From: Pristiophorus japonicus
Taxonomy: Eukaryota
Reading direction: 5' to 3'
Assembly: GCF_044704955.1 (NCBI RefSeq)
Contig: NC_091987.1
Span: 26,164,001-26,228,000, forward strand
DNA: 64,000 nucleotides
Below, in pieces: positions 1 to 10,034 of this stretch (its first letter is position 1; each line of letters begins with the position of its first letter). The notes beneath the pieces are model-generated. The model did no database searches, was not told where the DNA came from, and saw only the letters and a list, made by a program, of their open reading frames with translations. Position numbers and translations under genes: made by a program.

Positions 1-1
1 C

Positions 2-128
2 CCCAAAATTGTTGCGGATGGAATTGAAGTGAAATGCACTGTGGAGGTAGCAGGTATCCCTCACATGTTCTGGTACAGACAATACCAGTGGAAGGAGCCG
101 CAGTTGATGTTTTACTCCCCAACTGTAA

Positions 129-130
<2 letters not shown>
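2..130 (+). pseudogene. TRBV: TCR beta-type V segment, 5' half only (FR1-CDR1-FR2), truncated by a (TCTA)n microsatellite
   Basis: Frame 2 reads PKIVADGIEVKCTVEVAGIPHMFWYRQYQWKEPQLMFYSPTVI: first Ig Cys, WYRQ motif and PQLMFYS. It runs directly into (TCTA)n with no YxC or RSS. The leader lies outside the window. Confidence 0.8.
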
Positions 131-191
<61 letters not shown>

Positions 192-365
192 TCTGTCTCT
201 CTATTCTTCTTTCTATCTTTCTGTGTATCTATATCTATGTCGCTCTGTCTCTCTGCTCAACTGCAATGTATATATCTATCTGTCTCCATCTTTCACTGTA
301 TCTCGATTTTCTACCTCCATATCTATCTATCTACCATCTATCTAGCTTTCGTTTTATCATCTATA
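129..365. repeat. (TCTA)n microsatellite decaying into TC/TA-rich low complexity
   Basis: Perfect TATC repeats at ~129-190, then degenerate. Confidence 0.95.
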
Positions 366-522
366 TTTGTGTTCTTTAATCGTACTTCTTAAATAAATGA
401 TATAGCATGGATTGCATTTTTATATATATTTTTTCATCTACTTACTCTCTTTCACTTCAAATGATTACATAGATTATTAATTATTAGAAATGCTGTATTA
501 ATGTCTTTGAATGTCCTTTAAT

Positions 523-1905
523 TATAAGAACATAAGAACATAAGAATTAGCAACAGGAGTAGGCCATCAAGCCCCTCGAACCTGCTCCACCATTCAAAAA
601 GATCATGGCTGATCTGGCTGTGGACTCAGCTCCACTTACCCGCCCACTCCCCATAACCCTTAATTCCCTTATTGGTTAAAAATCTATCTATCTGTGACTT
701 GAATACATTCAATGAGCTAGCCTCAACTGCTTCCTTGGGCAGAAAATTCCACAGATTCATAACCCTCTGGGAGAAGAAATTAATTCTCAACTCGGTTTTA
801 AATTGGCTCCCCCATATTTTGAGGCTATGCCCCCTAGTTCTAGTCTCTCCGACCAGTGGAAACAACCTCTCTGCCTCTATCTTGTCTATCCCTTTCATTA
901 TTTTAAATGTTTCTATAAGATCACCCTTCATCCTTCTGAACTCCAACGAGTAAAGACCCAGTCTACTCAATCTATCATCATGAGGAATCATAAGGAATCA
1001 TCACTAGGCTGATTCCGGATATAACAAGCATGGTGGATTCCTCATCTCCGGAATCAGCCTAGTGCATCGTCTCTGTACCCCCTCCAAAGCCAGTATATCC
1101 TTCCTTAAGTAAGGCGACCAAAACTGCACGCAGTACTCCAGGTGCGGCCTCACCAATACCCTATACAGTTGCAGAAGGACCTCCCTGCTTTTGTACGCCA
1201 CCTGCAAACTAACTTTTTGGGATTCATGCACAAGGACCCCCAGGTCCCTCTGCACCGCAGCATGTTGTAATTTCTCCCCATTCGATTAGTATTCCCTTTT
1301 TTTGTTTTTTTTCCCAAGGTGGATGACCTCACACTTTCCGACATTGTATTCCATTTGCCAAACCTTCGTCCATTCGCTTAACCTATCTAAATCTCTTTGC
1401 AGCCTCTCTGTGTCCTCGACATAACCCGTTTTCCCACTCATCTTTGTGTCATCTGCAAATTTTGTTACACTACACTCTGTCCCCTCTTCCAGGTCATCTA
1501 TGTATATTGTAAACAGTTGTGGTCCCAGCACCGATTCCTGTGGCACACCACTAACCACCGATTTCCAACCTGAAAAGGACCCATTTATCCCGACTCTCTG
1601 CTTTCTGTTCAGCAGCCAATTCTCTTTCCATGCTAATACATTTCCACTGACCCCGCGTACCTTTATCTTCTGCAGTAACCTTTTGTCTGCCACCTTATCG
1701 AATGCCTTTTGAAAATCTAAATACACCACATCCATCGGTACACCTCTATCCACCATGCTCGTTATATCCTCAAAGAATTCCAGTAAATTAGTTAAACATG
1801 ATTTCCCCTTCATGAATCCATGTTGCATCTGCTTGATTGCAATATTCCTATCTAGATGTCCCGCTATTTCTTCCTTCATGATAGTTTAAAGCATTTTCCC
1901 CACTA
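523..1905 (-). mobile_element. 5'-truncated CR1 (HER1-like) LINE, RT region to 3' tail
   Basis: Minus-strand ORFs contain QHGFMKGKSCLTNLLEFFE, YLDFQKAFDKV, KFADDTK and RPHLEYCVQFWSP; (TTCTTATG)n-type tail at 523-548. Confidence 0.9.
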
Positions 1906-2239
1906 TATGGGATTCTCTACATTTTAACAGCAGAAAATGAAGTGGGGTGAATGGGTGCTTGTTCGTGTTGAAAGCACGGGGCAGGCATATGGGAAGGAAT
2001 AACGCAGAGATCCCAATTATACCAGCGAATAGTTCGCAGGCTCATACCTCAAAGATGTTGCTTATCCCTCCTGTTATTTGCGCTATCACAAAAGCGGAAA
2101 GCGATGTGCTAATTATAATCAAATCATAGAATGACATAGCACAGAAGGAGGCCATTCGGACCATCATTTCTGTGTTATCCAATTAGACCCAATTCCCTGA
2201 CCCATTCCCATAACATTGAATGAATGCCATTTTGAGTGA

Positions 2240-2377
2240 AGCGTTATGGGGATCAGGCAGGCAAATGGAGCTGAGCCCAAGATCAGATCAGCCATGATGT
2301 TATTAAATGGCGATTCAGGCTTGGGAGGACAAATGGCCTACCCCTACTCCAACTGCTTATGTTCTTATATTCTTATG
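2240..2377 (+). mobile_element. CR1 3' terminal fragment that replaces the 5' part of the second V segment
   Basis: gatcagccatga...aatggcctac...cttatgttcttat tail, matching other CR1 3' ends in the window. Confidence 0.75.
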
Positions 2378-2379
2378 TA

Positions 2380-2590
2380 GAATGGAACAGGCTCTGGTAT
2401 TGGCAATACACCGGAAAAATTTTCATCTCCATCGGGTGTACTTATAGCTGCAGCAAATCTGAATATGGAGAGGGCTTCAAAATTGGATTTGAACTTACAC
2501 GAACCATGAGCAGTAAGATGTCAATTCCGAAGATCTGCGACATAAACCCGACAGACAGGATGGAGTATTTCTGTGCAGCCAATGATGCCG
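2380..2590 (+). pseudogene. TRBV: TCR beta-type V segment, 3' part (FR2-FR3-start of CDR3); FR1 missing
   Basis: EWNRLWYWQYTGKIFISIGCTYSCSKSEYGEGFKIGFELTRTMSSKMSIPKICDINPTDRMEYFCAAND: WYxQ motif and D-x-x-x-YFCAA motif (Cys codon 2572-2574), followed by a 23-RSS; first Cys absent. Confidence 0.88.
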
Positions 2591-2629
2591 AACAGCAGCG
2601 TAGATTCATCCGGCGCCCTGACAAAAACT
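2591..2629 (+). other. V 23-spacer recombination signal sequence with defective heptamer
   Basis: aacagca (CAC changed to AAC) + exactly 23 bp (2598-2620) + acaaaaact. Confidence 0.85.
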
Positions 2630-2714
2630 GTCCCAGAGAAACGTGCGGTACACTTGCCGCCTCAATCCCCTTATTATAGTTAATGCTCCGCTCGCTGCCC
2701 TTTGAATATAAATT

Positions 2715-2769
2715 AAGAAAGAAACGAGAATGAATTATTTGCAGGGAAACATAAGTGGAACAAAGGAAA

Positions 2770-2826
<57 letters not shown>

Positions 2827-3040
2827 ATGAAAAAAAGAAAGGAAGTAAAAAAGAAAGAAAGAGGGAACGAAAGACAGAATGAAAGAAAGAGTGTAGGAAA
2901 GAAGGAATTAAGTCAAGAAAGAAAGAAGTTAGGAAAAAAAGACAGAAAGAAAGAAAGAAAGAATGGTAAGGGGGAAGCAGACGATGAAAGCATAGATCGA
3001 ATAAATACACAAAAACTGAAAGGAAGAGAGAAACAAACCA
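2715..3040. repeat. (GAAA)n microsatellite / purine-rich low complexity
   Basis: Direct reading. Confidence 0.95.
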
Positions 3041-3078
3041 GCTGGGCAAGCTAAAGCTCGGCACAGAGGCATTTGGCA

Positions 3079-3091
3079 TGACGTAACTTCC
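3079..3091 (-). promoter_or_regulatory. Putative overlapping ETS-CRE composite site
   Basis: tgacgtaacttcc (reverse complement GGAAGTTACGTCA, one mismatch to GGAAGTGACGTCA) in a non-repeat island. Confidence 0.35.
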
Positions 3092-3224
3092 AGTTATGAC
3101 ATTTTATTTTGTCTGTATTTATTCAGCATCTCACCCTTAAGTCCATAACAACCAGCGGAAAATGTCTTAGATCCTCCGCAAAGGTGAGCTCCCCTTATAT
3201 CCTCATTGGTAGTAGAGAATGATG

Positions 3225-4290
3225 AGAACATATGATCATAAGAAAAAGAGCAGGAGTCGGCCTTCTGGCCCCTCGTGCCTCCTTTGCCATTCAATAAGAT
3301 AATGGCTGATCTTATTCTGGCCTCAACTCCACATCCCCGCCCGCTCCCCATTACTCTTGACTCCCTTATCATTCAAAAATCTGACTATCTCCACGTTAAA
3401 TATATTGAAGGACCCATCCTCCACAGCTCTCTGGGACAGAGAATTCCAATGATTCATGACGCTCTGAGAGAAGAAATGCCTCCTCATTTCTGTTTTAAAA
3501 GGGTGGACCCTTATTCTGAATCTATGTCCCTAGTTCCATATTACCCCATGAGGGAAAGCATTCTCTCTGCCTCTACCATGTCAAGCACCCTCATTATCTT
3601 ATATATGTCGATAATATTATCTCTCATTCTTCTAAATTCCAATGATTAGAGGGCCAACCCGCTCAACCTTTCTTCATATGACAACCCTTCATTTCAGGAA
3701 TCAATCTCGTGAACCTTCTCGAAACTGCCTAGAATGCAAGTATATCCTTCCTTAAATATGGAGACCAAAACTGCATGCAGTACTCCAGGCGTGGTCTTAC
3801 CAACGCCCTGTACATTTGTAGCAGGACTTCTCTATTTTTATATTCTATCCCATTGGCAAAAAAGGCAATCATTCCACTTGACTTTCTGATTACTTGCTCT
3901 ACCTGCATGCTAACTTTTACTGTTTCATATACAATAAGCCCCAGATTTCTCTGTAATGCAGCACTTTGTAATCTCTTCCCATTTAAATAATAATTTTATT
4001 TTTTATATTTCCTACCAAAGTGGATAACCTCACATTTTCTCACATTATAGTCCATCTGGCAAATGCTTGCCCACTCACTTTGCCTGTCTATATCCCTTTG
4101 CAGATTATTTGCGTCCTCCTCACAACTTGATTTCCAATCTATCTTTGTATCATCAGCAAATTTGGCTACTTTGCACTCGATCCTTTCATCCATTAAAATA
4201 AGTTGTAAATAGTTGAGGCACCAACACAGATCCCTGTGGCACCCCACTAGTTACAATTTGTCCACCTGAAAATGACCCATTTATCACCTT
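3225..4290 (-). mobile_element. CR1 LINE 3' fragment
   Basis: KFADDTK and KCEVIHFG remnants plus CR1 3' tail. Confidence 0.85.
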
Positions 4291-4344
4291 CAATCTTGAA
4301 ACATGCACAGAGCATATCATAGTATTATTCGCTTCACAGATATA

Positions 4345-4650
4345 TTGTCAAACAGAATTTGCCACCGAGTGACAGAAGGAGATATTGGAGAGAGTTGACC
4401 AAAAGCTCAGTGAAAGAAATAGGTTTTAAGGAGCGTCTTAAAGCAGCATAGTGAGCTAGAGAGGCGGAGAGGTTTAGGGAGCGAACTCTGCAGCTTAGGG
4501 GCGCAGGCAGCTGAAGGCACGGCATCCAATGGTGGAGCGATGGAAATCCAGGACGCTCGACAGGCCAGAATTAGATCAACGCAGATATCACCGAGTGTGG
4601 TGAGGCTTGAAGTAATTGCAGAGATATTGAACGGCGCGGCCTTGGAGGGA
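4345..4650 (-). mobile_element. L2-clade LINE 3' fragment
   Basis: SLPKPLRLSSSLCCFKTLLKTYFF-type C-terminal remnant; similar sequence on + at ~30615-31050. Confidence 0.6.
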
Positions 4651-4659
4651 TTTGGAAAT

Positions 4660-5500
4660 ATAATAAAATAGCAACAGGAGTAGGCCATTGATCTATGACC
4701 TAACTCCTTATACCCAGCTTTGGCCCATATCTCTTAATCCCTTTGGTTAACAAAAATCTATCAATTTCCGATTTAAAATGAACAATTAATCTAGCAACAA
4801 CTACCGTTTGTGGAAGGGAGATCCAAACTTCTACCACCCGTTGTGTGTAGTAGTGTTTCCTAATTTCACTCCTGAAAGGTCTGGCTCTAATATTTAGACT
4901 ATGCTCTGTCGTCCTAGAATCCACAACCAGCGGATATAGTTGCTCTCTATCTACCTTATCTGTTGCACTGAAAAGCATGAAAATTTCGTTTAGATCACCC
5001 CTTGAACTTCTAATTTCCAGGGAGTACGACCCTAATTTGTGCCATCTCTCCTTGGCACTGAACCCTTAGGTTCCAGGTATCTTTCTGGTAAACCTACGCG
5101 TCATGCCCTCCAAGGACAATATATATTTCCTAAGGTCTGGTGACCAGAACTGCCACAATACTCCAGGTCTGGTCTATCCAGGGATTTGTACAGCTACAGC
5201 ATAACTTCGACCCGATTGTATTCTAGTCCTCTAGATATAAATGCCAACATCCCGTTAGCCTTTTTAATTATTTTCTCTATCTGATCATGATATTTTAATG
5301 ATCTATGTACCTGGACCCCCAAGTCTCTTTGGATCTCCATTGTATTTAGCGTGTTGCTGTTTAGAAAGTTCCCTATTCCATCCTTAGTAGGTGCAAAGAG
5401 GATGGCTTCGCTTTTGCCTAGATTGAAATCCATTTGGCACAGTTTTCCCCGTTCACTTAATCTGTCAATATCCCTTTGTAATTTTATGCTTTCATCTACA
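4660..5500 (-). mobile_element. CR1 LINE 3' fragment
   Basis: QRDLGVQVHRSLK, KKANGMLAFI and TQRVVEVW remnants. Confidence 0.85.
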
Positions 5501-5838
5501 CTACCATTATCCTTACTGTCTGTCTTCTGCGCTCTGTCAATTTCATAATTGGGTCAATAATTTAGTTGAGTGTTCGATACAGATATAGTTTGCGCAAACT
5601 CTCTGCATAATTTAACAGTTTTAGTGAATCTGAGGTGCACCCACTCCGAACCGAATTTAACTATACCTCACTCCTTAACACTCTTTGTCCAAGCTTTCCT
5701 ACTCTTCTGTGCTTCTGTGTCATTTTTTCTCTCATTTCCTCTCCTGTGAAAAGCATTGAGATGTTGCAATAATTAAGGGCGCCATCTAAATCCAATATAT
5801 TTTGTTTCATTCGACAACACTGACATCCCTTCACCGCG

Positions 5839-5853
5839 CCACGAGAGGGCGCC
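5839..5853 (+). promoter_or_regulatory. Putative CTCF site between V and D
   Basis: CCACGAGAGGGCGCC, near-consensus CTCF core, in a unique CpG-containing island. Confidence 0.6.
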
Positions 5854-6034
5854 GTTGCCCGACAACTAACAGCCCTTTGATCCTGGGTCTCCATATCGGC
5901 ACGTGTCACCGTGAGAGCTCTTCCTCAGGCAACGTTGTCCATTCACATTGCAGTTTATCTTTTTGCATATGCGGGAGGGAACCAGGACTGCACTGGTGAG
6001 ACTTAATGCAGAAAGGACAATATATCCACTAAAG

Positions 6035-6950
6035 AGGAGCGAGAGATAGGGAGATAGAGAGTGAGATAGAGAGAAAGAGATAGTGAGACAAAGAGACACA
6101 AGGTGAGAAAAACAGAGAGAGATAAACGGAGCGAGATAAAGTGACATTGACAGACAGAGAGAGAGATAGGGAAACACGCAGAGAGAAATGCAGGTAGAGA
6201 GATATAGAAATAGGGAGATACAGAGAGAGACAGAGATATAGATAGGGAGATACAGAGAAAGACAGAGATAGAGACAGAGATTGAAATAGGGAGATACAAA
6301 GACAGAGATAGAGACAGATAGAGATAGGGAGATGCAGAGAAAGACAGAGATAGAGCTTGGGAGAGACTGAGATAGAGGCATAGATAGAGAGAGAGATAGA
6401 GGTAGGGAGTTACAGAGAGAGATAGAGATAGAGATAAGAGTTCATTGAGAGACTGAGAGAGAGACAGAGATTGAGACAGACATAGAGATAGGGAGATACA
6501 GGAAGAGACTAAGATAAGCATGGAGACAGAGAGAATGGAATAGATAGGGAGATATGTATAGAGGTATGGCAGACCAGACGGAGCGAGAGAGAGAGAGAGA
6601 GAGAGAGGGATCGGCTGACCGAAAGCAAGTTATAGGACGACAGAGACATAGAAAGATCCAGAGAGAATTGTGGAGACAGAGAGAGGGAGCGAGAAAGTTA
6701 GAAAGAGAAAAAGAGACTGAGCAGCAGATTTAGAAAAAGAGAGGGAGAGAGATAGAAGGGGGAGAAAGACCGAGAGATATAGAAAGAGAAAGGAGACAGG
6801 AAGACAGGGACAGTAAGAAAGAGAAAAACAGACTGATAGACAGAGAAACAGAAAGAATGATACAAAGAGTGAAAGACCAAGAGAGGTAGAGGGGGAGATT
6901 TGTGAAGAAAGAGCAAGAAAGACTGAGCGAGAGTGAGTGAGGTCAGGACA
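6035..6950. repeat. GA/GAGACA-rich low complexity
   Basis: Direct reading; source of spurious S/L-rich ORFs. Confidence 0.9.
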
Positions 6951-7010
6951 AGGAGTAAAATGCAGTAAGATGAAAAGCTGCTTGAAGAGACTATCTCTTT
7001 TCCCGTCTGG

Positions 7011-7038
7011 TGTTATGGAGCCGAGGTGTATCACCGTG
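7011..7038 (+). other. 5' D 12-spacer RSS
   Basis: Nonamer tgttatgga (5/9 match to GGTTTTTGT) + 12 bp + heptamer caccgtg. Confidence 0.75.
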
Positions 7039-7052
7039 GGGACAACAGCTTC
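7039..7052 (+). CDS. TRBD: TCR beta diversity segment GGGACAACAGCTTC (14 nt)
   Basis: Begins with the GGGACA D-beta core; flanked by a 12-RSS and a 23-RSS; open in all three frames (GTTA, GQQL, DNSF). Confidence 0.93.
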
Positions 7053-7091
7053 CACGGTGCTTGAATTGCCGTCCCCGCTGCCACAAGAACC
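7053..7091 (+). other. 3' D 23-spacer RSS
   Basis: cacggtg + 23 bp (7060-7082) + acaagaacc (8/9). Confidence 0.92.
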
Positions 7092-7279
7092 TCCTGCCAC
7101 TGAGCCGCTGTTGTAGCAGCCATGCGAGCGATCTCGAGACGCTGGGCCTTACACACTGTCTCCCCACCGGTGGTTTTCTTGTGAACGGACGCAATGCTCG
7201 AAGCACCGAACACAATGAGAAGTACCGAGCTCCCCCTGGGAACATGTCCCATCTCTTGGAGTGCTCGCTGCCAGCCAAC

Positions 7280-7307
7280 AGTTCTTGTCGGGGGCTGCAC
7301 CACTGTG
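7280..7307 (+). other. J 12-spacer RSS
   Basis: agttcttgt + 12 bp + consensus heptamer cactgtg. Confidence 0.93.
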
Positions 7308-7353
7308 AATGCTGAGCAGCACTTCGGAGACGGGACCCGGCTGACAGTTTTAG
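7308..7353 (+). CDS. TRBJ: TCR beta joining segment, apparently functional (NAEQHFGDGTRLTVL)
   Basis: FGxG motif, 12-RSS, phase-1 donor G|GTGAGT at 7354, in frame with C exon 1. Confidence 0.95.
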
Positions 7354-7424
7354 GTGAGTCTCGCCAAATTACCTTTAAATTGAACCTGAGTGTTTTAGTG
7401 GCGATGGACGCTTCTTCTGTCTAG

Positions 7425-8485
7425 TATCGATTCCACAAATGATGGTTGATGAATATTTTGGCGACTGGAAGGCTGTTTCCAGTGGGGTTCCAGTGGGACT
7501 CCGTACTAGGTCCATTATTTGTTGTAGTATATATCAATGATCTAGATTTGAAGGTTGGGGATATGATTAAGAAGTTTGCAGTTGATACTACCGTCGGCTG
7601 TGTGGTTGATAATGAAGAAGAAAGCTGTGGACTGCAGGAAGATATCAGTGAACTGGTCGGGCTGGCAGAACAGTGGCACATGGAATTCATTCCAGAGAAG
7701 AGTGAGGTAATACATCGGGGGACGACTAAGAAGGCAAGGGACTACACATTAAATGGTAGGATACTGAGAAGGGTAGAGGAACAAATTGACCTTGGAGTGC
7801 ATGTCCGCAGATCACTGAATGTAGCAGGACAGGTACATAAGATGGTTAAGAAGGCATACGGAATACTTGCCTTTGTTTGTCGATGCTTGAATATAGGAGC
7901 AGCGAGGTTATCCTTGAACTGTACACAACAGTAATTAGGCCACAGCTGGAGTACTGGATGCAGTTCTGATCACCACATTACAGGAAAGATATGATTACAC
8001 GAAAGAAGGTACAGAGGAGATTTACGAGGATTTTGCGTGGGCTGAAGATTTTGGCTATGAGGAAAGATTGGATAGGCTGGGATTATTTTCTTTGGAACAG
8101 AGGAGGCAGAGTGGAGAACTATTTGAAATGTTAAAATTATGAGGGGCCTAGACAGAGTGGATAGGAAGGACCTATTTCCCTCAGCAGCGTGGTCAGCCAG
8201 GGGGCATAGATTTAAAGTAATTGGTATGTGGTTTCGAGGGGATTTGAGGGGAATTATTTTCACCCAGAGAGTGGCGGGGTCTGAAACTCACTGCCTGAAA
8301 GGATGGTAGAGGCAGAAATCCTCACCATGTTTAAATAATACTTGGCTATGCATTTGAAATGCCATAACCTACAAGGCAACTAATCAAGTGCTGGAAAGTG
8401 GGATTATCTGGATAGCTCTTTGTAGGCTGGCACGGAAACGATGGGCCGAATGGCCTCCTTGATGCTGTAAATTTCTATGATTCTA
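7425..8485 (+). mobile_element. CR1 LINE 3' fragment
   Basis: SVLGPLFVVVYINDLD and KKFAVDT remnants; gatgggccgaatggcctcct...ttctatgattcta tail. Confidence 0.85.
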
Positions 8486-8514
8486 TCACCCGAGATTGGG
8501 ATGTACAGCGAGTG

Positions 8515-9310
8515 ATGGGAGAAAGTGAGAGAGGGATAGAGAAAAAGAGAGAAAGGGAGAGTGGCAGAGGGAGAGAGCGAGAAATGGAGGGAGTGACTAT
8601 GACTGAGATAAAAAAGATGCAGGGGCATGGAGAAAGAATGAATGATGAGGGAAATAGAAACAGTGATAGATAGACAGGGTGAGATACATAGACAACGAGA
8701 GAGAGCAACTGATATATGAAGTGTGAGAGTGAGAGAGAGAGAGAGAGAGAAAGAGAGAAACTGAAAGAGAGAGTGGCAATGTTAAAAAGAGAGGGGACAG
8801 AGAGACATGGGAAAAGAGGGAGAGACAGAAAGTTGGCTAGATAGAGATGAAGACAGGCAGAAACACACAAAGACAAAGCAGTGGGAAAGCAAAACAACAG
8901 ATACATATATATAGAGAGAGACAGACAAAAGCAGAGATAAACGGAACAAGAAAATGAGGGACAAAGAGAGAGATTGAGAGCTCGAGTAACAATAAGAGAC
9001 AGACAGTGACAGAGACAAACAGAGGAAAATGGATAGAGGGAAAATAATAGAAAGAGAGAGAGATACGGGCCCTGTTAGAGAGCCAGACAGAGTGAGAGGA
9101 CGAGAGAGACAGAGAGGCAGAGAGAGAGGCAGACATACAGGGGAGACAGACAGAGAAAGAGAGAGAGAGGGACATAAAGGAAGAGAGAGACAAAGGCCGA
9201 GACTGGACATGAAACGGAGACGAGTAAAAGAGACATTTAACATTGAGGAGGGGGACACGATGGAGGGGTGGCGGTGGGGGGGTGGTGTGGAGGGAGAGAG
9301 GAGAGAAATG
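8515..9310. repeat. GA-rich low complexity
   Basis: Direct reading. Confidence 0.9.
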
Positions 9311-9399
9311 TAAAAAGGATTGTGGATTCTGGTCTACACTGGGCGTGGGCCTAAATTGGCCAGAATGTATGGAGTGAGAGAGAGAAAGAAAGAAATACA

Positions 9400-9695
9400 T
9401 ACATTTACAAAGACACTCTCACGAACACCGGCCATCCCAAAGCGCTTTACATCCAATGAAGAACTTTTGGAGTGTAGTCACTATTGTAATGTAGGAAACA
9501 CGGCAGTCAATTTGTGCACAGCACCCTCCCAAAGACAGCAACGTGACATTGACCAGATCATCAGTTTTTGTTAAGTTGATTGAGGGATAAATATTGACCT
9601 GGACAAGTGAGAGATCTCCCCTGTTGTTTTTCGAAATAGTAGCCGTGGGATCTTTTACATCCACCAGAGAAAGTAGACGGGGTCCTCGGTTTAAA
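9400..9695 (-). mobile_element. tRNA-derived Deu-domain SINE (SacSINE1-like), partial
   Basis: Same sequence as the reverse complement of the full-length copy at 53422-53880. Confidence 0.7.
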
Positions 9696-10034
9696 TTTTT
9701 TTAAGTTCATTCAAGGGATGTGGACGTCACATCCTCTGTATCCTCTGTTGCTACTTGTCCCTCATCCCAGATACTATTCTGGTAAATCTCCCCTTCAACT
9801 TCTCTGCTCTAAGGAGAACAGTCCCAGCTTCTCCTGTCTCTCCATGTAAATGAGATCCTTACCCTTGGTACGATTCTGGTAAATCTCCCCTTAACCTTCT
9901 CTGCTCTAAGGAGCTTCTCCAATCTCTCGACGTTACTGCAATCCCCCATCCCTGGTACTATTTTGGTAAATCGCCCCTTATCCTTCACAGCTGTAACGAG
10001 AACAATCTCAGCTTCTGATTGAGACACATTTAGT

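Noticed and set aside
2055-2094. Leader exon for V2 (MLLIPPVICAITK)
   Set aside because: Prolines in the hydrophobic core and no GT donor; at best a decayed remnant
2-2590. V1 and V2 as two exons of one split V gene
   Set aside because: Both contain the FR2 WY motif (overlapping regions) and there are no suitable splice sites
5866-9400. Long Ser/Leu- or Arg/Glu-rich ORFs (also at 31.4-32.5 kb and 58.7-61.9 kb)
   Set aside because: Translations of GA/CT low-complexity tracts
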